Positions 25,795-34,544 of a DNA stretch of 64,000 bases are shown here, piece by piece. The notes under the pieces are model-generated. The model had not been told where the DNA came from and made no database searches. It saw only the letters and a list, made by a program, of their open reading frames with translations. The stretch is from an uncultured Gammaproteobacteria bacterium (GTDB taxonomy: Bacteria > Patescibacteriota > Patescibacteriia > Magasanikbacterales > JBBTXJ01): the NCBI GenBank assembly GCA_964610305.1, contig CAZSVL010000001.1, positions 6,083-70,082 on the forward strand, written 5' to 3'. Positions within the stretch are counted from its first letter, which is position 1, and each line of letters starts with the position of its first letter. Made by a program: the position numbers and the translations under genes.

Positions 25795-26226
25795 ATGGCT
25801 AAAATATCGTCTATAACAGTTGCAGATATAGAGCATCTTGCTCATCGGCTTGCTAAAAAGATGTTTGAGTGGAACGAGCCGATTCCTGATTTTGGGACGC
25901 GTTACCCTAATAAGCTTGAAAGCTGTATAGCTGTGCCATTTCAGACATTTTCGAAGCGGATATTATATAAGGGTCTTTTGGAAAAAGCAGCCATACTTTT
26001 CTATCTGATGATCAAAAACCATCCGTTTCAGAATGGTAACAAGCGTATTGCCATGACGACGTTGTTTGTTTTTCTTCATATAAATGGCAAGTGGTTGGAG
26101 GTTGATAATCAGAAATTGTATAATTTTGCAAAGTGGGTTGCTGCGAGTGACGCAGAAGTAAAAGATGCGACCGTGTTAGCGATAAAGGATTTCTTGAAAA
26201 AGCATCTGGTTAATTTAGAGAAATAA
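25795..26226 (+). CDS. Fic/Doc-family toxin (death-on-curing type)
   Basis: HPFQNGNKRIAMTTLFVFLHINGK matches the Fic/Doc core HxFx(D/N)GNKR. Confidence 0.75.
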   Translation: MAKISSITVADIEHLAHRLAKKMFEWNEPIPDFGTRYPNKLESCIAVPFQTFSKRILYKGLLEKAAILFYLMIKNHPFQNGNKRIAMTTLFVFLHINGKWLEVDNQKLYNFAKWVAASDAEVKDATVLAIKDFLKKHLVNLEK

Positions 26227-26229
26227 TTT

Positions 26230-27678
26230 ATGTTCGAACAATCATTTAAAAATATTGATAACGCGCTCCGTAAAGACGCGGGGGTGAGCAGTGAGCTTGA
26301 TTATGTGGAGCAAACCTCATGGGTTTTGTTTTTGAAATATCTTGATGATTTGGAGCGGGACAAGGAGAAAGAGGCTGCGCTTGCTGGGAAGACGTATGAG
26401 TATATTATTGATCCAAAGTATAGGTGGGAGGCGTGGGCTGTGCCAAAGACGGCTGATGGCAAGTTGGATCATAATACCGCGCTCTCTGGGGATGATCTTA
26501 AGGACTTTGTGGATCATGAGTTGTTTCCGTATTTAAAAAAGTTCAAAAGTGAGGCAGAAAGTCCGGATACCATTGAATACAAAATCGGGGAGATTTTTAG
26601 TGAGCTTAAGAATAAAATACAAAGCGGGTATACGTTGCGTAGCATTTTGGATATTGTTGACGGCATGCGTTTCCGATCGCAAGAGGAAAAGCATGAGCTC
26701 TCTCATCTCTACGAGGGCAAAATCAAGAACATGGGCAATGCTGGCAGAAACGGTGGGGAATACTACACGCCGCGTCCGCTTATTAAGACGATTGTCAAAG
26801 TTGTTGCTCCAGAGATTGGCAACACAATTTATGATGGTGCTGTTGGCTCAGCGGGTTTTTTGGTGGAAGCGTTTGAGTATTTGAAAGAAAGCAAAGATCT
26901 TTCAGTTAAAGATTTTGAAACACTTCAGAAAAAAACTTTTTACGGCAAAGAAAAGAAATCGCTTGCGTATATCATCGGCATCATGAATATGATTTTGCAC
27001 GGCATTGAGGCGCCGAACATTATCCACACAAACACACTTGCAGAAAACATCGCTGATTTTCAAGAAAAAGATCGATACGATATTGTCCTTGCTAATCCGC
27101 CGTTTGGAGGAAAAGAGCGCAAAGAGGTGCAGCAGAATTTTCCAATCAAAACCGGCGAGACTGCTTTTCTGTTCCTCCAACATTTCATAAAAATCCTCAA
27201 AGCTGGAGGTCGGGGTGGTGTGGTTATAAAAAACACTTTCCTTTCCAATGCCGATAACGCCGCCATTTCACTCCGCAAAATGCTTCTAGAAAGCTGCAAA
27301 CTTCATACCGTTTTAGATTTGCCCGGCGGAACATTTTTGGGCGCCGGAGTAAAAACTGTTGTCCTTTTTTTCGAAAAAGGCACACCAACAAAAAAAATCT
27401 GGTACTACCAACTAAACCTCGATAGAAACCTAGGCAAAACAAACCCACTCAACGAAAAGGACCTTGCAGAATTTGTAGAACTACAAAAAACCAAAGCCGA
27501 CTCTGAAAATTCCTGGACTTTGGATGTGAAAGATATTGATCCGCGGATTTTTGATCTGTCAGTAAAGAATCCGAATGGTGGTGGGGAGATTGAGTTGAGA
27601 AGTCCAGAGGAGATTTTGGAGGAGATGAGGGGGTTGGATAAGGAGAGTAGTCGTATTTTTATCGATATTGAAGAATAG
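26230..27678 (+). CDS. hsdM: type I restriction-modification N6-adenine DNA methyltransferase subunit HsdM
   Basis: N-terminal HsdM_N, SAM motif I, motif IV LANPPFGGKE; 482 aa. Confidence 0.9.
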   Translation: MFEQSFKNIDNALRKDAGVSSELDYVEQTSWVLFLKYLDDLERDKEKEAALAGKTYEYIIDPKYRWEAWAVPKTADGKLDHNTALSGDDLKDFVDHELFPYLKKFKSEAESPDTIEYKIGEIFSELKNKIQSGYTLRSILDIVDGMRFRSQEEKHELSHLYEGKIKNMGNAGRNGGEYYTPRPLIKTIVKVVAPEIGNTIYDGAVGSAGFLVEAFEYLKESKDLSVKDFETLQKKTFYGKEKKSLAYIIGIMNMILHGIEAPNIIHTNTLAENIADFQEKDRYDIVLANPPFGGKERKEVQQNFPIKTGETAFLFLQHFIKILKAGGRGGVVIKNTFLSNADNAAISLRKMLLESCKLHTVLDLPGGTFLGAGVKTVVLFFEKGTPTKKIWYYQLNLDRNLGKTNPLNEKDLAEFVELQKTKADSENSWTLDVKDIDPRIFDLSVKNPNGGGEIELRSPEEILEEMRGLDKESSRIFIDIEE

Positions 27679-27684
27679 GATTTT

Positions 27685-28737
27685 ATGATTTCTGATTCCT
27701 CGCTAAAGGAGTTGCTGAGGCTCAAGAGAGGTGGATATTTATACCATCGTGAAAGTCAAACCTTGGAATTCAAAGAGTCGTTTAGTCTTAGTGCGTTAGC
27801 AGATTACTTTCGCGATTTTGCTGCTTTTGCAAATAACAAGGGTGGTTATTTGGTTTTTGGCGTTAAGGATAGTCCAAATACGCTCGTCGGGCTGACCCCT
27901 AAATCTCAAAAGCAATTTGAAAAAGTAGATCCGGAAAAAATTTCCGGGTACCTTCTAGATATTTTTTCTCCAAATATCGATTGGCTTCAGAGGTCTATTA
28001 AAATTGCCTCTAAGCATTACGGTGTTTTTTACATACACGAAGCTAAAGTTAAGCCCGTGATAGCCAAAAAAGATGAGGGTAAAGACCAGGTCATAAAAAA
28101 TGGGGAAGTATATTACCGGTATGGTGGGAGAACGCAGAAGATACAATTTGCCGAGTTGGAAAATATTATTCAGAAAAGGTTAGAGTCACAGACACAGCAG
28201 TGGCAGAATCTCATTTCTAAAATTGCCAAGGCGGGCCCTTCGAATGCCGCGGTACTCGATACCGAAAGAGGTTTGATAGAAAAAAGTGATACACAGGTTC
28301 TGCTAATGGATGACAAGCTTGCCAAGAAGATAAAATTTGTAAAGGAGGGTGAATTTAGCGGCAAGGAAGGTGATTTGGCGTTACGGCTGGTTGGCGATGT
28401 GCTGCCTGTGAATCCCGTTGAGATTACAAAAATCAAGAAACAAAGACTCACTGAGGAATATCCGTACTCAGCTTTAGAATTGGTCGAGGAAGTTAGAAAG
28501 AAGTTGTCCGGGGCAATGCAAGGTGATGTATGGAAAGTGATTGCGGAAAACAGCCTAAAAAGTAACACAGATTATTCTGCTTACAATTTTCGCAACAAAA
28601 GGCAAGAGGATAAGTTCAAGGAATCTGGAGAATTACCTAAATCAATTCCCAATATATATAATGATGATGCGGTTGATTTCATAGTAAAAGTTTTGAAAGA
28701 CAAAAAGAATGAAAATAGAGAAGAAACAAAAAAATAA
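27685..28737 (+). CDS. AlbA_2 / Schlafen-like (divergent AAA, putative DNA-binding) domain protein inserted between hsdM and hsdS
   Basis: RESQTLEFKESFS...AFANNKGGYLVFGVKD matches the AlbA_2 (PF04326-type) N-terminal signature; C-terminal 200 aa unassigned. Confidence 0.55.
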   Translation: MISDSSLKELLRLKRGGYLYHRESQTLEFKESFSLSALADYFRDFAAFANNKGGYLVFGVKDSPNTLVGLTPKSQKQFEKVDPEKISGYLLDIFSPNIDWLQRSIKIASKHYGVFYIHEAKVKPVIAKKDEGKDQVIKNGEVYYRYGGRTQKIQFAELENIIQKRLESQTQQWQNLISKIAKAGPSNAAVLDTERGLIEKSDTQVLLMDDKLAKKIKFVKEGEFSGKEGDLALRLVGDVLPVNPVEITKIKKQRLTEEYPYSALELVEEVRKKLSGAMQGDVWKVIAENSLKSNTDYSAYNFRNKRQEDKFKESGELPKSIPNIYNDDAVDFIVKVLKDKKNENREETKK

Positions 28738-29842
28738 CTGGCAAACAAAAAAGCTTGGAGATGTGATCAAGTTAGAATACGGAAAGCCGCTCCCAAAATC
28801 TAAAAGGAGATTAGATGGTCTTTATCCAGTGTATGGCGCTAATGGAGTAAAAGCCAAAAGTGATGAGTATTATTTTTACAAACCGAGCATTATTGTTGGT
28901 AGAAAAGGTACGGCTGGAGCATTAACCTTGACAGAGGAAAGATTTTGGCCTCTAGATGTTACGTATTTCGTGACGTTTGATGAAAAAAAGTATGATTTGA
29001 AGTTTCTTTTTGGTCTTTTGAGCACACTGGATTTGCCGCGTTTTGCGAAGGGTGTGAAGCCTGGAATAAATAGAAATGATATCCACGCATTGAGCGTCAA
29101 AGTACCGACCCTCCCAGAACAAAAACGCATTGTAAAAATTCTTGATCAGACGTTTGAAAAAATAGAAAGAGCAAAAGAGAATACGCAAAAGAATCTACAA
29201 AATGCACGAGAGCTTTTTGAGTCATATTTACAGGAGGTTTTTGCAAATCCGGGGGAGGGTTGGGAAGAGAAACGGTTGGGCGCGGTGTATGATGTGCGTG
29301 ATGGGACGCATGCCTCACCAAAATATCACAAAGAAGGATATGCTCTGATTACTTCAAAAAATTTAAAGAATGATACTTTAAATTTTGATAAAATAAGATA
29401 TATTTCAGAAAAAGATTATTTGAAGATAAATGAAAGGAGTAAGGTTGATGTTGGGGACGTTTTGTTTGCCATGATTGGTACAATTGGTAATCCTGTTGTA
29501 ATTAAAGATGAGCCTAATTTTGCGATAAAGAATGTTGCTCTGTTTAAGGTTCCACAAGATCAGGATAGTTTTTTCTTAAAGTACTACCTGGATTCTAAAT
29601 TTGTGGGAGATAAAATGTCCAAGGAGGCAAAAGGAACTACACAAAAGTTCGTTGGGTTGGGGTATCTAAGAAATTTTGAAATTAAAATACCCAAGAAGCC
29701 AACACAGAAAACCATCGTCAATAAACTTGACTCTCTCTCAGAAAAAACCAAAAAACTAGAATCAATCTATCAAAAAAAGCTGGATAATTTGGAAGAGTTG
29801 AAGAAGTCTGTGCTCAAGAAGGCGTTTAGTGGGGAATTATGA
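28709..29842 (+). CDS. hsdS: type I restriction-modification specificity subunit HsdS (two target-recognition domains)
   Basis: Duplicated TRD plus conserved helices (LPEQKRIVKILD..., C-terminal LKKSVLKKAFSGEL). Confidence 0.85.
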   Translation: MKIEKKQKNNWQTKKLGDVIKLEYGKPLPKSKRRLDGLYPVYGANGVKAKSDEYYFYKPSIIVGRKGTAGALTLTEERFWPLDVTYFVTFDEKKYDLKFLFGLLSTLDLPRFAKGVKPGINRNDIHALSVKVPTLPEQKRIVKILDQTFEKIERAKENTQKNLQNARELFESYLQEVFANPGEGWEEKRLGAVYDVRDGTHASPKYHKEGYALITSKNLKNDTLNFDKIRYISEKDYLKINERSKVDVGDVLFAMIGTIGNPVVIKDEPNFAIKNVALFKVPQDQDSFFLKYYLDSKFVGDKMSKEAKGTTQKFVGLGYLRNFEIKIPKKPTQKTIVNKLDSLSEKTKKLESIYQKKLDNLEELKKSVLKKAFSGEL

Positions 29843-30072
29843 GAATTAATCTATAAATATATGAACCAAAATAAAACATGCCAGACTTGTGGGGTGGAAT
29901 TAAAGCACTCTAAATTCGCCAGAAGAACGAATGAGGGTCAGGATTTCGTGAGCGCACAAGAGAATCTTGCTTGCCGAAACTATCCAGAATGTCCAAGGGC
30001 AGAGAAAGAAACGGAAGGGGATATGGATTTTGATTGACAAAATCGTAGTTTTGTGCTAAGTTAAGGCGATTT

Positions 30073-32403
30073 ATGAACGAAGCCGAAACAAGAGCAGAAT
30101 ACACTGACCCCAAGCTAAAGGAGGCTGGCTGGGGTGAAATTGAAGGATCGAAAGTTTTTCGGGAGTTTTATATTACTGAAGGGCGGATTCAGGCTGGTGG
30201 GGGTCGTGCAAATCCGGAGAGGGCTGATTATGTTTTGGCATACAAAAATCAAAAGCTTGCGGTGATTGAGGCAAAGAGCGATGAGGAGGAGCCAACAGAG
30301 GGTGTGCAGCAGGCAAAGAGTCAGGCAGAGAAACTGCACTTGGATTATGCCTATTCAACAAACGGCAAAAAGATTTATGAGATTTCAATGGAGACGGGGA
30401 GAGAAGATTTTGTTGATTCGTTTCCTGGTCCGGAAGAGCTGTGGAATAGGATAAACGCAAAATCTAATGAGTGGAAAGAAAAGTTTTCTTCTGTGCCTTT
30501 TGAAAATGTGGGCGGCAGAATGGGTGCGCGGTATTATCAGGAAATTGCGGTGAATAAAACAATGGATGCAATTGCAGATGATAAAAAGCGAATACTCCTT
30601 ACGCTTGCAACGGGGACGGGAAAAACGTTTATTGCCTTTCAGATTGCGTGGAAGCTTTTTCATTCGAGATGGAATTTGAAACGCGATGGAAAGCGTCGGC
30701 CGCGGATTCTGTTTTTAGCTGATAGAAACATCTTGGCAGATCAGGCGTTTAATGCGTTTTTTGCTTTTCCAGAAGATGCTTTGGCGCGTATCAGCCCGCT
30801 GGATATTCGCAGACAAGGAGCGGTGCCCACAAACGCAAATATTTTTTTCACAATCTTTCAGACCTTCATGAGTGGGCCAAAGGGCACGCCGTACTTTGGC
30901 GATTATCCGTCTGATTTTTTCGATTTTATTGTTATTGATGAATGTCACCGTGGTGGCGCAAATGATGAATCAAACTGGCGTGCTATCATGGAGCATTTTT
31001 CTCCCGCAGTGCAACTTGGTCTTACAGCAACACCAAAGAGAAAGGATAACATCGATACATACAGATATTTTGGCGAGCCAGTGTATATTTATTCGCTCAA
31101 AGAGGGTATTAACGATGGCTTTTTAACGCCATTTAAGGTAAAGCGTGTTCAAACAACGATTGATAAGTATAGGTATGTGTCTGATGATCAAATTATTGAA
31201 GGAGAGATTGAGGAGGGGAAGCTTTATGAAGAGCCAGATTTTAATAGGATTATTGAGATTAAAGAGCGGGAAGCAAAGCGTGTGCGTGTTTTGTTGGATG
31301 AGATAGATCAGAATGAGAAGACCATTGTTTTTTGCGCCACGCAAGATCATGCGCTGGCAGTTCGTGATTTGATCAATCAGTATAAAGAGAGTAAACAACC
31401 AAACTATTGTGTGCGTGTGACAGCTAATGATGGCGTGCGTGGGGAACAGTATTTGCGAGAGTTTCAGGATAATGAAAAAACAATTCCAACGATTTTGACT
31501 ACATCACAAAAGCTGTCAACCGGAGTGGACGCGCGGAATGTGCGCAATATTGTTTTGATGCGGCCGGTTAATACCATGGTTGAGTTTAAACAGATTGTGG
31601 GGCGTGGAACGCGGCTTTTTGATGGTAAAGAATACTTTACTATTTTCGATTTTGTTGATGCGTATAAACATTTTTCTGATCCGGAATGGGATGGTGAGCC
31701 TATTGATGAGACTGCGGAGAAGAAGTATAAGAAGCCCAAAAAGGGTGCGGGAGAAGTAGCTGATCGTGCTGAACGAGAGTACGGCGAGGAGCAAGAGAAA
31801 AGAAAGAAAATCAAAATTAAATTGCGTGATGGGAAAGAGCGCGAAATTCAGCATATGATCTCCACGTCATTTTGGAGTGCAGACGGTACACCAATTTCTG
31901 CAGAGGAGTTTTTGCGCAACATGTACGGGGAGTTGACTGAGTTATTCAAAAATGAGGCGGAGCTGAGGAAGATTTGGTCTAACCCAACTACACGTAAGAC
32001 ATTTTTGGATCAGATTGCAGAGCATGGATACGGTAAAGATGTGCTAGAAACTTTGCAAAAAATGATTGACGCGCAAGAAAGTGATCTGTTTGATGTGCTG
32101 GCGTATGTTGCTTTTGCGATGCCGCCGATTACACGTGAGGAGCGCGTTGCCGGTTCTAAGAAGAAGATTTTTGATGGCGTGGATGAAAATCAGCAAGAAT
32201 TCTTAGAATTTGTTCTCGCTAAGTATATTGACGATGGTGTGACGGAGTTGGCTGAAGATAAGTTGCCGATTTTGTTAAATTTGAAATACCATGCAATCGC
32301 GGACGCTGAAAAAGAAATGGGTGGCGTTGAGCAAATTCGATCTACGTTTTTTACTTTTCAAAAGAAGTTGTACAAAAAGGCGCGATTGCGTCAAGTGGCT
32401 TAA
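30073..32403 (+). CDS. hsdR: type I restriction enzyme R subunit HsdR
   Basis: N-terminal NEAETRAEYTDPKLKEAGW nuclease domain, helicase motif I LATGTGKT, motif II DECHRG, motif VI QIVGRGTR. Confidence 0.9.
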   Translation: MNEAETRAEYTDPKLKEAGWGEIEGSKVFREFYITEGRIQAGGGRANPERADYVLAYKNQKLAVIEAKSDEEEPTEGVQQAKSQAEKLHLDYAYSTNGKKIYEISMETGREDFVDSFPGPEELWNRINAKSNEWKEKFSSVPFENVGGRMGARYYQEIAVNKTMDAIADDKKRILLTLATGTGKTFIAFQIAWKLFHSRWNLKRDGKRRPRILFLADRNILADQAFNAFFAFPEDALARISPLDIRRQGAVPTNANIFFTIFQTFMSGPKGTPYFGDYPSDFFDFIVIDECHRGGANDESNWRAIMEHFSPAVQLGLTATPKRKDNIDTYRYFGEPVYIYSLKEGINDGFLTPFKVKRVQTTIDKYRYVSDDQIIEGEIEEGKLYEEPDFNRIIEIKEREAKRVRVLLDEIDQNEKTIVFCATQDHALAVRDLINQYKESKQPNYCVRVTANDGVRGEQYLREFQDNEKTIPTILTTSQKLSTGVDARNVRNIVLMRPVNTMVEFKQIVGRGTRLFDGKEYFTIFDFVDAYKHFSDPEWDGEPIDETAEKKYKKPKKGAGEVADRAEREYGEEQEKRKKIKIKLRDGKEREIQHMISTSFWSADGTPISAEEFLRNMYGELTELFKNEAELRKIWSNPTTRKTFLDQIAEHGYGKDVLETLQKMIDAQESDLFDVLAYVAFAMPPITREERVAGSKKKIFDGVDENQQEFLEFVLAKYIDDGVTELAEDKLPILLNLKYHAIADAEKEMGGVEQIRSTFFTFQKKLYKKARLRQVA

Positions 32404-32406
32404 AAT

Positions 32407-33099
32407 ATGAAAAACAAAGAAGGACTTTGGAAACTTTCGCCCAGCGGACTGTACGGATTCACCGAATGCAAATCCTGTTTTTGGGTAGATAATCACTACA
32501 GACGCGCGCCGTCTTTGCCTTGGCTTTTGAATAGCGCGATGGATAGTATTTTAAAGCATCGGTATGATAAGTATCGCAAGAAAAATACGTTTCCGCCGGA
32601 GGTTTTGGAGCTTGAGGAAGAGGGGATTATTCCGTTTGCGGATTTGGATACTTTGAATGAATGGCGTGAGAAGGTGAATGTTTTGCGTGTTGTAGATGAA
32701 AAAGCCAGTTATGAATTGCGCGGCAAAATAGATGATGTTTTGGTGGAAAAAGATGGTCGGCTTGTTCCGGCTGACTATAAATCTTCCGGAAACGCGCCAA
32801 AGGAGGATAAGCAGAAATATTATATAGATCAGCTGACGGCGTATGGTTTTATGTTTAAAAAACATGGCCATGAAGTTTCTGATCGCGCTTACTTGCTTCA
32901 TTATTTCCCGCGCGACAAAACCAACCCATCAACAAAAGTACAATTTGACGGCCACGTGGATTTTGTAAAGATAGATTTAAAAAGGTTTGAGAAAAAGTTA
33001 AAAGACATGGTGAAATTGCTTAATGGCGAATATCCCGGGCACAACCCTGAGTGCAACAAGTGCGCGTATTATGAGGGGCGTGGGGAGCGGGTGAAGTAG
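32407..33099 (+). CDS. PD-(D/E)XK nuclease-like protein with N- and C-terminal CxxC pairs (Cas4/DUF83-like), directly downstream of hsdR
   Basis: GKIDDVLVEKDG...ADYKSS (D...D/ExK), TECKSC and ECNKC cysteine pairs; 3-nt gap from hsdR. Confidence 0.5.
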   Translation: MKNKEGLWKLSPSGLYGFTECKSCFWVDNHYRRAPSLPWLLNSAMDSILKHRYDKYRKKNTFPPEVLELEEEGIIPFADLDTLNEWREKVNVLRVVDEKASYELRGKIDDVLVEKDGRLVPADYKSSGNAPKEDKQKYYIDQLTAYGFMFKKHGHEVSDRAYLLHYFPRDKTNPSTKVQFDGHVDFVKIDLKRFEKKLKDMVKLLNGEYPGHNPECNKCAYYEGRGERVK

Positions 33100-33118
33100 A
33101 TCAAAACACCAAGCTTTT

Positions 33119-33162
33119 CTTGAGATCCCGGATATTTTGCTTCACAAAATTCCGGGAGACAG
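33119..33162 (-). repeat. solo type-1 hairpin repeat (variant ...CCGGGAGACAG)
   Basis: CTTGAGATCCCGGATATTTTGCTTCACAAAATTCCGGGAGACAG; followed by a terminator-like hairpin at 33176-33203. Confidence 0.65.
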
Positions 33163-33202
33163 GTGCGCTACGAATAAAAAAGCGGTCCGAAGACCGCTCA
33201 CT

Positions 33203-34141
33203 TTACTCAGGCCGCTTGTTTGCAGCCATAAATTCTGTAACTGTGGCTATTATGCCTGCAGACCCGACGGGGTTATTTTTTTCTAGCTCTGCAATGACAT
33301 TGCTTGCTCCGCGGTGGTCTCCTAGGCATAACAAGTACATGATCAGGGCTTGGTAGAACTCTACCATGGATGTTCTGTTTACAAAGGGTCGGCCGGCGTA
33401 GTCTAGGTATTCAAGAGGTTTGCCCATTTTGTCTGAAAATGATTCGTGATAATTGATCCGATTTGTGTACGTATAGGCGATGGTTCCAAGAGGATCACCA
33501 ATGTGCACTGGTGCCTGCAGATCCTCCCTGTATGCGGATATGGCCGATTCAACAAGGAACAGTCCGGCAAGCGCATCCAATAGTCTGATAATCATACGCT
33601 CTATGCTAATGCGTAGTGGTGGTTTTTCTGGCAACAGAGAAATGGTGTGGTCAATGCAGCTTATGTAGCAGTCAGTCAATCCGTTGTATGCATTGCGCAA
33701 ATCAGCAAGGGTGGAGTTGTGGGTGATACTGCCCGATGCAGCAGAAACCTCTAGATGTTGAGCGTCACGGCTCTGAAAGAAGGCTGTGCCTATGAGTCCT
33801 TCAACACTTCTTATGAACACGGCTTGTGTTTCTGTAAACAGGCGCAGGGCAAAAAGAGAATCTCTGCCAAGAGTGGCTCTTACGCTCTCTACGGCATCCC
33901 ACATTGCTTCTTTTTTTCTACTATCTGCCCTATCTCTGTGGAGTCCAAAGTGATGCAGTGTTTCATCTGGCGCAACCCTAAGCTGTTCAATAAGAAGCAT
34001 GGCCACGTTATATTCTGGCAGCGCTCGTCCAAGCATTTGCGCAATGCATATGTTCATCATCTGCACAGCTAGCCTTTCTGACCCTTCTGGCATAAGGACA
34101 CGCGGCTTTTCCTTAAGTATCCGGGAAAGTCTGTCTGACAT
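33203..34141 (-). CDS. hypothetical protein (312 aa)
   Basis: Long ORF, coding-like composition; no assignable motif. Confidence 0.4.
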   Translation of the reverse strand: MSDRLSRILKEKPRVLMPEGSERLAVQMMNICIAQMLGRALPEYNVAMLLIEQLRVAPDETLHHFGLHRDRADSRKKEAMWDAVESVRATLGRDSLFALRLFTETQAVFIRSVEGLIGTAFFQSRDAQHLEVSAASGSITHNSTLADLRNAYNGLTDCYISCIDHTISLLPEKPPLRISIERMIIRLLDALAGLFLVESAISAYREDLQAPVHIGDPLGTIAYTYTNRINYHESFSDKMGKPLEYLDYAGRPFVNRTSMVEFYQALIMYLLCLGDHRGASNVIAELEKNNPVGSAGIIATVTEFMAANKRPE

Positions 34142-34241
34142 GATACCTCCTTTTGTTTGATGGTAGACAAAAAAGGTCGCTTTGTCAAGAGTATTGACAA
34201 AAGTGGTATAATCGCTCTAATCTGAGAAACAGAACTAGGGT

Positions 34242-34535
34242 ATGAAAAGAAAATTCAAAACCGATAAATACCGACGCGCGCGTGGGGGGTACTCTCGCGT
34301 GCTTGAGATTTCTTGCAGCGCCTGCGATAATGTAGTTTGTGAGTATCAAAAGGACGGTCCAGGGCCGCTAAAGCGAATGTATGTTGATAGGATGATGGGA
34401 ATACTAAGCACAAAACAATTGCAATGCGGACCATGCGATAATTTGTTGGGTGTTTTGTATGTTTACCAAAAAGAAAAGCGGCCGGCGTTCAGGATGGTTC
34501 CGGGAAGTTTTAGAAAGAGGATCGTGAAATTGTAA
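34242..34535 (+). CDS. hypothetical zinc-ribbon-like protein (CSAC...C...CGPC)
   Basis: 97-aa basic ORF with two CxxC pairs. Confidence 0.35.
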   Translation: MKRKFKTDKYRRARGGYSRVLEISCSACDNVVCEYQKDGPGPLKRMYVDRMMGILSTKQLQCGPCDNLLGVLYVYQKEKRPAFRMVPGSFRKRIVKL

Positions 34536-34544
34536 TTTCGGTAG

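Noticed and set aside
33120-33356. 78-aa plus-strand ORF after the PD-(D/E)XK gene
   Set aside because: It starts inside the hairpin repeat and terminator and overlaps the convergent 312-aa gene, so it is spurious.
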